Shown piece after piece: positions 36,924 through 49,721 of a stretch of DNA of 64,000 nucleotides (its first letter is position 1; each line of letters starts with the position of its first letter). The notes under the pieces were generated by a model. That model was not told the DNA's origin. It saw nothing but the letters and a program-made list of their open reading frames with translations, and did no database searches. A program made the position numbers and the translations under genes. The stretch covers positions 165,974,001-166,038,000 of the forward strand of contig NC_042999.1 in assembly GCF_006345805.1 (NCBI RefSeq). Reading direction: 5' to 3'. The stretch is from Octopus sinensis (taxonomy: Eukaryota).

Positions 36924-38213
36924 GATCGTTTCGCTTTGATCGGCAGATTTTAAAAATAATTTCTTTGTAACTAAATATTTTAAAACTTCGTATACTGGTA
37001 GAATGTGTTTATAAAACATCTTTTTCTTTTGGCTTTCTTGAGAAAATTCTGTAGTTTGTAAGCTATTTGTTGTTTAATTTCTTGCATTTCGGCAATTTCA
37101 ACCAATCAATGATGTCTATTGAGGTGAATACAATTACTGCTGTTTGTCAACAACAATTATTTGCGGTGTCATATGAATTTGTCACTGTTATTTATGACAT
37201 ATTTCATGTCAGTTACGTTCGTATGAATAAAAGTTATTAAACTTTTATTAATAAACGCATATCCTAAGTTCACAACATATGCAGTTTTAATTTCCCTCTC
37301 TGTTGCACAGATACTCACATTACAAATTATATATTCGTTTAAGAAACAGATTGGGTTTATTTACATTTCTGAAGAAAGAAAGATACCCTTCACCCACCCT
37401 AACCTTAACCCTAACCCTAACCCAACCCTAACCCTAATCCTAACCCTAACTCTAACCCTAACCCAACCCTAATCCTAACTCTAACCCTAACCCAACCCTA
37501 ACCCTAACCCTAATCCTAACTCTAACCCTAACCCAACCCTAACCCTAACTCTAACCCAACCCTAACCCTAACCCTAACCCTAACTCTAACCCTAACCCAA
37601 CCCTAACCCTAACCCTAATCCTAACTCTAACCCTAACCCAACCCTAACCCTAACCCTAACTCTAACCCTAACCCTAACTCTAACCCTAACCCAACCCTAA
37701 TCCTAACTCTAACCCTAACCCAACCCTAACCCTAACCCTAACTCTAACCCTAACCCAACCCTAATCCTAACTCTAACCCAACCCTAACCCTAACCCTAAC
37801 CCTAAAACAGATTGAAATGCAATAGATCAATACTAGGGTCATAATTATGGGTGGACACTAAAGAGGGAACGATTTTGTTATCCAGCTCTGTTTACGAGTG
37901 ACCCCTCAGTTTATGGCCACAGGGTATCTTTTTTCTCGTAAATAACAGTGACAGATTCATATGACACCGCAAATAATTGTTGTTGACAAATATCCGGAGA
38001 AATTATATTCACCTCAATAGACGTCATTGATTGGTTGAAATTGCCGAAATGCAAGAAATTAAACAACAAATAGCTTACAAACTACAGAATTTTCTCAAGA
38101 AAGCCAAAAGAAAAAGATGTTTTATGGAACACATTCTACCAGTATACGAAGTTTAAAAGTGTTTAGTTACATAGAAATTATTTTTAAAATCTGCCGGTCA
38201 AAGCGAAAAGATC
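36924..38213. mobile_element. Fold-back element with ~275-bp TIRs enclosing a telomeric array
   Basis: 36924-37197 is the reverse complement of 37936-38213 with few mismatches; both ends are GATC and both flanks are TG. Confidence 0.88.
37397..37805. repeat. Interstitial telomeric repeat (CCCTAA)n with CCCAA, CTCTAA and TCCTAA variants
   Basis: Directly visible ~410-bp array. Confidence 0.97.
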
Positions 38214-39129
38214 TGATTTTTTTTCTAAATATGCAGAAAAATACGGACATCATGATTCGGACAAAAATTTCAAAACATTTCTGTACTTACAGTTAGGGTT
38301 TTAGGGTTAGTGTTGGGGAAAAAAGTCAAAATTGAAGAAGTTGGGGGAAATGGAGGGGGTGGGGGGGCAATTTCACAATGCCGATTTTTGGCAATTTTCC
38401 GGAACGTCTGTATCCAAAAACGGGGATTTTAGGCAAAAAACAATTTTTTAATAAACAAATTTGGGAGAAAATGGGTGGGGGACGGGCGGAAGTCTTTCTG
38501 GGCTGGGTTTAGGGTTAGACAGCATGCTAAAGTGACTATTTATTGGCAGTAAGCCATAGCCTTGATCCTTGAGGCCTCCAAGTAACCATCCAGTGTACCC
38601 ATGCCTAAGATGGCACTACATGCAATTAAAATATTTGGTGGAGCCATCTTCTATCACTGCAGCGTCACACTAGATAGATGCTTTGGAGTATTTCTGCAGC
38701 TCTCAGCCACATGCTATTTGACAGCAGACTTTCAGAATAGCTATCTCACATAAGGTGAAATTTCTCTGCTTTCTCGGGATTTTTTTCAAATTTGTTATTA
38801 TCCCACATTTCAAAATCATTGGTGGTGGGTGGGTGGAGCCTGTTTAAAAAAGAATTCTTTTAATCCATGTTTTTTAAACATCTGCCCTTCCCCCATCATT
38901 GTATCCTCTATAATAGCCACCACAATTTTCTTTTCCATTATTTTCTATGTGATAACATTCAACATTTTGACAAGTAATTCACATTTGCAGAGATAAAAAT
39001 TTCATAACTCCTCTTATTTCATCATACTTTTCACAATTAAAATAATTTTCTTTTTGTCATTTTTTTTCTATTGTATGTCATACTCTGAAACACATCTGAT
39101 AGTCTTTGTAGCTTTCATTTATAAAAAAA

Positions 39130-39630
39130 CTAGCAGTATCGCCCGGCGTTGCTCGGGTTTGTAAGGGAAATAACTATATAAGCATTTTTAGAGAGTTATA
39201 GCCAAAAAATAGCAAAAAATGCATTAAAAATGGAAAAAAATGATGGTAAATTTTTTTTTAAATCGTTGACTCATCGTAGACATTTTTAGAGAGTTACTTC
39301 CCTTATATAATAACGAAAAAATGCATTAAAATGGAAAAAAATGATGGTAAATTTTTTTTTAAATCGTTGACTCATCGTAGACATTTTTAGAGAGTTACTA
39401 CCCTTATATAATAGCGAAAAAATGCATTAAAATGAAAAAAAATGATGGTAAATTATTTTTAAAATCGTAGACTCATCGTAGACATGCGCTAATACCCAGA
39501 AGGGCTCGATATGAATCACGACTATAAGATACCCGGTTTTGGTTAAACTGCACCGCAAAATGTGGGAGTAGTTAGGAATCTAAATCGTAGGAGACAGACA
39601 GACACACAACTTGACTTTTATATATATAGA
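39130..39630 (-). mobile_element. Non-autonomous Helitron (family H1) with an extra internal repeat unit
   Basis: CTAG end, cccggcgttgctcggg hairpin, TC start; three copies of a ~100-bp internal unit versus two in 12895-13291. Confidence 0.9.
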
Positions 39631-40476
39631 TTTTTCAAAAAAATCTGTGTTCTTCAAATTTCTTAACCCCAACCCCATTTTCACATCACCTTTCATGCTG
39701 AAATTACTACTTCGGTCTTGAAAAGAAAATTTCAGTTATCTTTTGTTTAATTGAAGAGATGTATAATGGGAACCACCGTTGATCATAACAAGTGGTTGCA
39801 GCAAAGCAAAGTGAGGAGTCGTTACACAGTTGCTCAACCAGCCAGAAATAGCAGCCCAACCCTACTATATTAAGATAAGAAAAAGACATTAGACTATGTC
39901 ATCCCCTACCTGAAAAACATATGAATTGGTCCCTAATGCTGTGACTTTACCATAAGTGGTTTAACCCCAGTTCTTGTGTGGAAACTGAAATATCTTAATG
40001 GACAAAAAGTTATTTGAGTTGTCCATCAACACAAACAATAATGAAATCAGGTTCAAAACAAATTCTTGTTTTTCTTTTAATTGATTCATTTAATTTTTTA
40101 TGTTGTGTAGAAAAAAAATTACAAAGAGAAATTAATAAGCATGGGTAAACATGGCTTCACTACTATTTTAAAATTCTTTTACTCTTTCTGTTGGATATAA
40201 AAAAAGGGATGGGGTGAAAAAAATTAACAAATGTGTGGCAAAAGTGGGAAAAAAAAACAGAAATGAAGAAAGGATTTCAGTTGTAGGGACAAAAAATATT
40301 AATTATAGAATTCTGATGAAATTTTGGGAAAATCTCTTAAGTGTCATTGATAAAATCAGCCGTTTTATCTATTTGTTCAGCAATTTCTGCATAAAATTTT
40401 TATTTCTTTAACTTCCATTTCTTATGTTGTTTGAACCCAACATTTCCTTTGAGGTCCATGAGTGAGCTGAAAAGTG

Positions 40477-40523
<47 letters not shown>

Positions 40524-40889
40524 CATTGTCTGTCATGTTCCAGGAATGAGTCAAACTCACACTGGCACACATATGCGACTTTCTCCAAAAGATCATCATT
40601 CTTTCAATATTTTAAACATATGTGCTTCATTTTTATTTATGAAAAATTGGTTTGTTTTTTTTTTTAACAAAAAATAGTTCTTGCATCCCTGTGTATGAAA
40701 TTATATAGATATTATAGTCCTATCAAAAGAAAACAAGCAAAACCTTAAAAGATGGTAGTAAAGAATTCATGCTGCTTAAATATGATTTAGCCCTTGTATA
40801 TATCTTTGTAGTTATGAGGTAGATTGTATTTTACATTTTCAATAAAATAAATACCAGTAATACTCTCAAGTTATTGCAATCATACTATG

Positions 40890-41340
40890 TATTGGATTGT
40901 CCAGAAAGTTTGTGCCGATTTATAGCAGCTTACCTTTTGACTTATTTTAGAACACGGTTGAGTTCATAAAATAGGATTTGACTACACCTCCATTTAGAGC
41001 ACAGTTTAAGCTATCTTTTCTTAGAAGAAGGTTTATGTTCCTATAACCTATGTTAATTCTGTAACCCTTTAAAATGGAAGATAAGAAAGTTCATTTTCGG
41101 CACTTGATGCTTTGGGAACCAGACAAAAATTGCTGCAGATCAGCTGGGATGTGTTACCCCACCCTCCATATTCACCAGATATTGCTCCTTTGGATTTCCA
41201 CTTATTCAGGTCGCTGGAGAATAGTCTTAATGGTTAAAATTTCGATTCCTTGAATGACATAAAAAGATACTTTGATGAATTCTTCGCCATGAAACCACCT
41301 CAATTCTGGTAAGAGGGTATTTTCAAGTTAAGGGAAAGAG
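40890..41340 (+). mobile_element. Internally deleted mariner, truncated at the RTE junction
   Basis: TIR-like tattggattgtccagaaagtt; MEDKKVHFRHLML start joined to WDVLPHPPYSPDIAPLDFHLFRSL. Confidence 0.85.
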
Positions 41341-44217
41341 TAGCACTTTTGATGTTTTGTACTGATAATAATCTGGTTGCCACCAACACTTTGTTTAAGC
41401 AGCAAAATAAATATAAAATCACCTGGATGTACTCAAGATCTAAGGACTGGCATCTCATAGATTATATTCTGATCAGAAAACATGATATGAAAGATGTTTC
41501 TAGTGTCCGGGCCATGAGAGGGGCAGAGAGCTGGGCTGACCATCATCTAGTGTGTGAAAAAATAGATTTTTCGATAATGCCTAAAAATCGACAGTCTGGT
41601 TCTAAGGTACCGAAAAAGTTAAATGTTGCAAACTTTAAATAATCAGGCAACTTGCAAAGATTCCACGATGAAATACAAAGCTTCAATCTTGACCCAAACA
41701 ATCTATGGGAAGATTTCAAAACAAAAGTATTTCAGGTTGCAAGTTTGTCAGTGGGATTTAGATTACGTAAGTCCAGTGACTGGTTCTCAGACAGATCAGC
41801 AGAAATGCATGATCTACTTTTAGAAAAACAAAACTTAGGCAATACACTTCTTTCTCAGTCATTCAACCCCAACTCAAACAAAGCTTACTAAAAGATGAAA
41901 AGTAAAGTGCAGACTGCGCTAAGGAAAATTAAACTGGAAAGGTGGAATGATAGAGCAAAAGAGACACAAGAAGCAGCTGATAGAAATGATGCCAAGAGTT
42001 TGTACTCTTATGTTAAAGAGGTATATGGCTCAAAATCTTCTTCAATAGCTCTGGTGAGAACAGCAAATGGACGTTTGCTTCTGACTAACACCGCTTCTAT
42101 TCACAAGCGCTGGGTAGAATATTTTTCTGCACTTTTGAATAGACCATCATCCGTTGACATGAGGAGGATAGAAAAAATCGAACACCTTCCAGTTATAGAA
42201 GAGATGGCATTTGAATCAACTCTAAATGACATTTATTTAGCTGTGAATAAGCTGAATAACAATAAGTCTCCAGGGTCTGATGGAATCTGGGCAGAAGTCT
42301 TGAAATATGGGAGTGACAAATTGTTTGAACTCTTTGTTTGAAATATATTAATTTCTCACTGTTGGAGAACTGAGAAAGTGCCTCAAGACTGGATTGATGC
42401 CATTTTAATCTCCTTGTATAAATTGGGGCCAAAGGATTCTGTGTGGCAATTTTCGTGGGATTTCGCTTTTGTCTGGGGTTTGAAAGGTACTTACCCACAT
42501 TTTGTAAGAACATTTAAATACCTTCATAGTTCCAAATATAGTGTTTGAGTCTCAGTGTGGTTATCGTTCCTCCAGGGGCACAGCTGATTGTATCTTTACT
42601 ATCAGACAATTACAAGAAAAGTGCATTGAACAGAATCTTGCTCTATACCATTACTTTGTTGGTTTGAACAAAGTATTTGATAATGTTAATTGAAATGCTC
42701 TGTGGCTAATTCTAAGGAAAATAGGTTACCCAGAAAAATTTGTAAACATGGTCAGGGCTTTGCATCAAGATATGAAAGCTACAGTTAACTTTGGTGGTAG
42801 GCTCTCCGAATCTTTTGCTGTGGAAAATGGAGTAAAGCAAGGAGACCTTGATGCACCCACCCTCTTTGCAACATACTTTGCTGTTGTGTTGTCACATGCT
42901 TTTCAAAACTCTGAGGAGGGTATTTACATAAAATATCGAACAACAGGGAATGTTTTTAGTCTGACTGAAATTCAAAATAAAGGTTTTTACTTCACTCATT
43001 TGGGAACTTTTATATACTGATGATTGCCATCTTATCAGTCATTCTGAAACAGGTCTGCAATCTCTTGTATCTGAATTTGAATCAGCTTGTGATGATTTTG
43101 GCTTGACCATCAACTTGAAAAAAAAAAACAGTTGTAATGTGTCGACCTGCATGTGGTGCTGTTTGTAACCCCACTAAAATTTTTGTTAAGGGAAAGTTAC
43201 TTGAGGTTGTTGATTCGTTCATCTACCTCGAAAGAGCTGTACCAAATGATGGAAATCTTGATACAGAAATACATCTGTGAATTCAAAGGGCAGCAAAAGC
43301 ATTTGGTGGTTTGGAGTCACGCGTTTGATGCCAGTGACATATAAATAAGAATACAAAGTTGGCTCTTTACAAATCATTAGTCTTACCATTCCTGTTGTAT
43401 TCTTGTGAAACATGGACTTATGAAAAACATTTTAAATTGTTAGAACAATTCCACCAAAAATGCTTTCATTGCATTTTAAACATTAAATGGAGTTCTTTTA
43501 CTCCAAACAAAGATGTCCTTGCATCTATTGGCATCACCTCAGTTGAAGCTATGATTTTGAGGAACCAAATGAGATGGTGTGGCCATATTGTTTGAATGGT
43601 AGATGAATGCATGCTGAAACAGCTGTTTTATGGTGAGCAAGCGGAAGGGAAACGCTATCGGCATAAATCTAAAAATAGGTATAAGGATAGCATAAGGACT
43701 ACTATGAAGTCACTTGGAATAGACCCAGAAGACATGGAAACCCTTGCTTCAGATCGAATTAGCGAACAAAAGTGTGAAGTGGAGTGAAAGCATTTGAAGA
43801 GGCCAGGGTAATACATGTAAGACTCAAAAGAGATCTAAGGAAGAATGTTGCGATCGAGAAGGTGAATGACAATGACCTTTTTGTGTGCACAGTCTGTGAC
43901 AGACCATGCCATTCTTCTGCTGGGCTCAAATCTCATTTGCAAACCCATGAAAATGAACCTCCACCAACTATTCTGCCTATATGACTGTGTATGCCGGAAG
44001 GTTTGCAAATCCAACGGAGGCCTCAAAAGACATTTTAAGATCCACAAAGATCAGAACTTATTTGCAGCTCTTGGTGTTCCAAATCAGATATGCAATCTAT
44101 GTAGGCATCTTTTCAGAACATTGTCTGGTTTAAAAAGCCACATCAGATGCCATGATGCTTCTAAGGAGTAGGTACAAGAGGTGGTCAAACTCTGCATAAG
44201 GAGTAGACAACCACCAT
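41341..44217 (+). mobile_element. Degenerate RTE-clade LINE (APE C-terminus, RT, C-terminal C2H2 fingers)
   Basis: Fragments WHLIDYILIR...ADHHLV (APE), NNKSPGSDGI, GVKQGDLDAPTLF (RT) and MRWCGHIV, then three Cys/His fingers; many stops and frameshifts. Confidence 0.92.
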
Positions 44218-44292
44218 ATTTATATATACATACTTATATATATGTGTGTGTATACCTATATATGTATACATATATATATGTGTATATATATA

Positions 44293-44354
<62 letters not shown>

Positions 44355-44437
44355 GAATATATACATATATGTGTGTATATATATATATATGTATGTATAC
44401 ATATATATGTATGTATACATATTTATATATATATATA

Positions 44438-44860
44438 TGTAAATGTAATATGTGACAATTATTCGGTAGCCAAGATATAAAACTCCGAGTTTCGTCACCG
44501 AGGTGGAAATCCATGCCAACATCTCTTCAGTTATCCGGCCATCGGAAAAACGCTATGAAAAATGACCATTATACAAAGGGAAATAACTGTGTAATTGACC
44601 GTTATCAAGACAAAAGAGCTATTCGAATGACCGCTAATTAAAGTAAGGGGGTAAAAAGTTCATAACGGTCATTCGAATAGCTCTTTTGTCTTAATAACAG
44701 TCAATTACACAGTAATTTCCCTTTGTATAACGGTCATTTTTCATAGCGTTTTTCCGATGGCCGGATAACTGAAGAGATGGTGGCATAGATTTCCACCTCG
44801 GTATCTGAAACTCAGAGTTTTATCTTGGCTATTGAATAATTGTCACATATTACATTTACA
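44438..44860. mobile_element. Fold-back of PLE-type terminal repeat (~195-bp arms) with hammerhead-like motifs
   Basis: 44438-44633 pairs with 44666-44860; ggataa CTGAAGA...GAAA ctc(a/g)gag TT ttat occurs on each arm. Confidence 0.75.
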
Positions 44861-44943
44861 GATAAATTACTCTATTTACATAATATTGAGGTCTCTTTCT
44901 TTCTTTTGTTACCTTACCGTTTTTACTAATATATATATTATAT

Positions 44944-45232
44944 ACGTTTAAATATTTGTTGTGCAAGATTTTTTATGTGAAGTCGTGTGTTGAAACAGAT
45001 ATTGTTATATTTCGGAATGGTCATATTGCCAGTTTAGCCAATAAAAAATAAGAAAGAAGAAAACAAAGGACCACTGATGCGGTCACAGGAGTGTGATGAA
45101 AGAACTCTGGCCGAAATAAGATTAAGATTAATGTAAAAAATAAATAACACTGAAGCAAAATAACACCAAATATATAGTGCGTGTGTTTTTATTGGCTAAA
45201 CTGGCAATATGACTATTCCGAAATATAACAAT
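44944..45232. mobile_element. PLE terminal repeat with inverted partial duplication (same family as 23062-23290)
   Basis: 44944-45047 matches 23061-23164 directly; 45064-45232 is the reverse complement of ~23117-23287; hammerhead-like motif at 45068-45112. Confidence 0.85.
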
Positions 45233-45234
45233 AT

Positions 45235-45286
<52 letters not shown>

Positions 45287-45297
45287 TATATATATAT

Positions 45298-45375
<78 letters not shown>

Positions 45376-45406
45376 GTATATATATATATATATAGATATG
45401 AATATA

Positions 45407-45703
45407 TCATCATCATCATCATCATCATCGTTTAACGTCCGTTCTCCATGCTAGCATGGGTTGGACGGTTCGACCGGGGATCTGGGAAGCCAGAAGGCTG
45501 CACCAGGATCCAGTCTTATCTGGCAGTGTTTCTACAGCTGGATGCCCTTCCTAACGCCAACCACTCCGTGAGTGTAGTGGGTGCTTTTTATGTGCCACCT
45601 GCACAGGTGCCAGGTGAGGCTGGCAACGGCCACGGTTGGATTGGTGTATTTTATGTGCCACCGGCACGGAAGCCAGACGAGGCGGTGCTAGCATCGGCCA
45701 CGA
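45407..45703 (-). mobile_element. RTE 3' UTR (family A)
   Basis: (CAT)n followed by reverse-complement family A sequence. Confidence 0.88.
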
Positions 45704-45731
45704 ATATATGTATGTATATATATATATATAT

Positions 45732-45870
45732 ATATAAGTACATTAAAAGGCCCCTAAATAAAGAAGCAAGTACTAGATACAAAAAAAGGGGATAATTCAT
45801 GAATTTATCCCCTTTTTTTGTATCTAGTACTTGCTTCTTTATTTAGGGGCCTTTTAATGTACTTATATAT
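45732..45870. repeat. Near-perfect palindrome (~65-bp arms, almost no spacer)
   Basis: tatataagtacattaaaaggcccctaaataaagaagcaagtactagatacaaaaaaaggggataa-ttcatgaat-ttatccccttt...acttatata. Confidence 0.92.
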
Positions 45871-46030
45871 GAATAACATATAGTCTAATGACTAATTTGT
45901 CGTTTGTGCTTGATCACTGGTAATAATAATTTATTTTATTACCCTATTTACTATGTTATATATATATATTAATATATATATATATATATATAATATATAT
46001 ACGTATATATATGAATATATATATTATATA

Positions 46031-46062
<32 letters not shown>

Positions 46063-46090
46063 CACACGTACATACACATATATGTATATA

Positions 46091-48495
46091 CAGTGGTTCC
46101 TTCACTTACAAGTTTCATTCGTTCCATGATGGAGCTTGTAACTCAAATTGATTGAATGTCAAATTAAATGACCCCATTGAAATCACCTGAAATGCTATTA
46201 ATCTGTTCTGCACCCCCCACCCCCCAAACACCACAGTTTATTTTCTTATGTGTTTTTAAAAAAGGAAAAATGTATTTATAAATTATGAATATTGTATAAA
46301 AGACAATACAATGGAATGTACTGCAATAAACTGATTTTATTAAGTGTAATGTACAGCATTTACCTTCGAGATCAGACGACTTGAGGATGCCAACAGAAGG
46401 TGGAGGGGAAAGACTGAAATGAACAACTGAATCTTATCCACGGATTTTGGCCCTTTTCGCCACGCTTTCCTCACTTTCATCAGCAGGAGTTTTCGATAAC
46501 AACCTGTTCAATAAGGTTTGTTTCATCCTTACTGTCAAAGTGTTTCTGAAATGAGTTCAGCAATTGTCATTAAATTGTGCCATCACATGGCCACTTGCAA
46601 CTTTTTCTGGATGTTTCTTTTGAATAAAGTCTGAAAGTTTCTCCCAACATTTCCTTTATTGCACTGGTAGAGATAACCTCCTCCATCCCCCCACCCTTGT
46701 CGCCTATTTCCTGCAAAATCTCTGTATACTGCTGCATCTGTAGCTTCTTTAGCTCTTCCACTGACAATTCTTCAGAGTGCTCCTCGATGAGCTCATTGAT
46801 GCCATCTTCATCCTCATCCAGGCCCATGCACATGCTGAGCGATACAATCTCCTCCTCCACCACTGCTGCTTCAGGTTCGAGTCTTTCAAAGTCCATTTCA
46901 GACACAACTTTAGGCGACAGCTTCATCCATGCAGAGGTGAAGGTCCTCTTTGTAACACCTTGCCAGGCCATATCAATAATTCTGAGGCGTACCACGATGT
47001 TATAGTGTTCCTTCCAGAACTCTTGAAAAGTGAGGTTTGTGTTTTCCATCACCCCAAAGCAGTGGCAGAACAGGTGCTTGGTGAAGAGCTTCTTAAAATT
47101 AGAAATCTTCTGCTGGTCCATGGGTTTCAGGACAGGGCTGGTGTTGGGTGGAAGGTAGAGAACCTTTATAAACTTGAACTCTTCGAGGATGTCATCTTTG
47201 AGGTTAGGTGGGTGAGCAGGTGCATTTTCCAGGATGAGAAGGGCTTGCAGGAGTAGGTTATTTTCCTGGAGATATTTCTTAATGTCGGGACCAAAGACCA
47301 AATTGACCCACAAATAACTGCCTGGCAACTTATGACCTTGGATTTGCCCTTCACATAACCTGCAGTTTTTCTTTCAAAATCTTATGTAACTTAAAGGCTC
47401 TGGGGTTTCCTAAATGATAATGAGCAGTGGTCTAATCTTGCAGTTGCCGCTCGCTCGCATTAGTGCACAGTGCAAGGGTTAGCCTCTCCTTCATGTGTTT
47501 ATGGCTGGGCATCCTCTTCTCCTCTGCTGCTATATAAGTCCACGTTGAAGAATTGCTGGTGGATGTATCCTTTGGCTGCCATAATTCTGGCAAAAGTTTT
47601 GAGGTAATCCTCAGCAGCCTTCATGTTTGCTTCTCGCTGCCTCACCATGGCTGACAAGTGGGTGAATACCGGTCCGCTTTTAAAATTCTTGAACCAGCCC
47701 CAACTAGCTTTAAATGGTTCACCTGATGTCTCGGCCATACAAGTGCCTGGGGTCTGTTGCAGCAAATCAGCATAAATAGCTCAGGCTTTCTCACAGATTA
47801 TGGCCTCTGTCATGGTACCTCCTGTAAGCTGCTTCTCCGTCAGTCACACTATCAGCACTTCTCCATATTTTCATGGATAGATGTCTGATGTTTAAAAACT
47901 ATTTCAATGCCCTTGGCTGGCATTATAATCTTTATCGACTCCTTCTGCTTCTGTATGGTGCAGATTGTAGAAGTGCTAGGCCCGTACTGCTTCACCATGT
48001 CACTACATGCACACATCGATCATGTTTTTCGATAATTTCTTTCTATAATTCAATGCACATTATCCGCTTCTTCTCGCCACGTCCTTCACACTCACTTTCT
48101 TCAGATCCATGGCAGCTGAGGATTACCTCAAAACTTTTGTTGCCAGCACAACACTGATGCTTCTGTAGCCTGCAACAACTAAGTAAGCATTTTACCACTC
48201 ATCTAGCTAATGATCCACTAATGATCTTCGCACTTGCTAACACACATGTCTGTCTGGCTAGCGACCTATTTATGATATTGCACTTGCTAATGTGCATACC
48301 TGTCTAGGTATCAAGTGAGACACGGGATGTTAAGGTGTTCCTGTGGTATTTGATATACCAACTAGCAGTGGGGTATCTGAAGCAAGCTTGTTACCAGAAT
48401 TTTAGCGTGCAACTCAAAGCGAAAGATCAGCCAACGAACAGCTCATATCTCGAAACACTCATTAGTTGGGACACTCATAAGTCAAGGCACCACTG
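46091..48495 (-). mobile_element. Full-length Tigger/pogo transposon with decayed transposase
   Basis: TA|cagtggttccttcacttac...ataagtcaaggcaccactg|TA. Contains FKASWGWFKNFK (CENP-B-type HTH) and LLILENAPAHP...LPPNTSPVLKPMDQ (DDE_1-type domain). Confidence 0.93.
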
Positions 48496-48549
48496 TATAT
48501 ATATGTAAATATACATATACATATGTGTGTGTGTATAGGCACACATAAA

Positions 48550-48850
48550 TAAAGCTGAGAATGCGCATCTATCTGTCTGTGTGCATTACTAAAACTTGAG
48601 AACTACCCAATGGATTTCATTCAAATTTTACACATATCTTCCTTAGGTTCCATGCAGCATCATGGGCCAAAAAAAGTTTCAACTTCTTGCCTAATGCGAG
48701 CCCGGAGCAATCTCTTATCTCTTACATTGTTTCCATATTTGGCGTCAAAAGTGAAACAATAACATCTCTATTAATACTTTCACTATTTCATGGTTTCAAT
48801 TTTAATTACTATCATTATCTATATATATATATTAGCTTCAATTCTCTTAC
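48550..48850 (+). mobile_element. 5' fragment of the Helitron family at 6414-7605
   Basis: ctaaaacttgagaactac...cattcaaattttaca...aacttcttgccta is the reverse complement of sequence in ~7150-7590. Confidence 0.75.
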
Positions 48851-48920
48851 TTTCAATATATATTTATACACGTTTGTATATGTATGTATGTATGTATGTA
48901 TGTATCTATCTATCTATCTA

Positions 48921-49720
48921 TGAGAGAAAAGTTGGATTTAAAAAGCATCAGATGTGGTGTGCAAGAGAGACGACTGTGCTGGTATGGTCATGTGGCGAGA
49001 ATGGCTGAGGATAGGTGTGTGAAAAAGTGCCACACCCTAGCAGTTGGGGGAACCTGTGGAAGAGGTAGACCCAGGAAAACCTGGGATGAAGTTGTGAAGC
49101 ACAACTTTCGAACATTAGGCCTCACCGAGGCAATGACTAGTGACCAAGACCTTTGGAAATATGTTGTGCTTGAGAAGACCCAGCAAACCAAGCGAGACCA
49201 TAATCTTGTGGCCTATGCCAGGGGTGTAACCATCCCACTTATGTGTACCTTTCCTTCATTGGACACTAAACTCTGCTTGCGAAGACCTGTTCAGGCAAGT
49301 GAAATCAAAATCAAATTCGATGACTGGCATCCATGCTTGTGGAGTGCTAAGAGCGCCATCCAAGCGTGATCGTTGCCAGAGCAGCTGACTGGGTTCTGTG
49401 CCGGTGGCATGTAAAAAGCACCATTCAAGCGTGATCATTACCAGTATCACCTTAATGGTACTTGTGCCGGTGGCACGTGAAAAACCATTCGAGCATGGCC
49501 GTTGCCAGTACCGCTTGACTGGCCCTCATACAGGTGGCACGTAAAAGCACCCACTACACTCTCGGAGTGGTTGACGTTAGGAAGGGCATCCAGCTGTAGA
49601 AACTCTGCTAGATCAGATTAGAGCCTGGTGCAGCCATCTGGTTTGCCAGTCCTCAATCAACTTGTCCAACCCATGCTAGCATGGAAAGCAGATGTTAAGC
49701 GATGATGATGATGATGATGA
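48921..49720 (+). mobile_element. 5'-truncated RTE LINE (same family as 481-1243)
   Basis: REKLDLKSIRCGVQERRLCWYGHVARM...GRGRPRKTW, a 3' UTR with ~4 tandem units, and a (GAT)n tail. Confidence 0.9.
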
Positions 49721-49721
49721 T

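Larger units (their letters stand above)
36658..38496. mobile_element. Outer non-autonomous DNA element with degenerate long TIRs
   Basis: aagacttccgtccgtcccccacc / ggtgggggacgggcggaagtctt, with weaker inverted similarity over ~140 bp. An internal direct repeat (~36830-36895 and ~38216-38280) brackets the inner element. Confidence 0.7.

Noticed and set aside
37397-37805. True chromosome end or telomere fusion site
   Set aside because: The array has a single orientation, is rich in variants and is enclosed by TIRs, with normal sequence on both sides.
43866-44171. Stand-alone host C2H2 zinc-finger gene
   Set aside because: It is contiguous with the decayed RTE ORF, lacks TGEKP linkers and has no splice signals.
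44181-45454. YI/IY-rich ORFs, with similar YI/CV/HT-rich ORFs throughout the window
   Set aside because: They are translations of (TA)n and (CA)n microsatellites.
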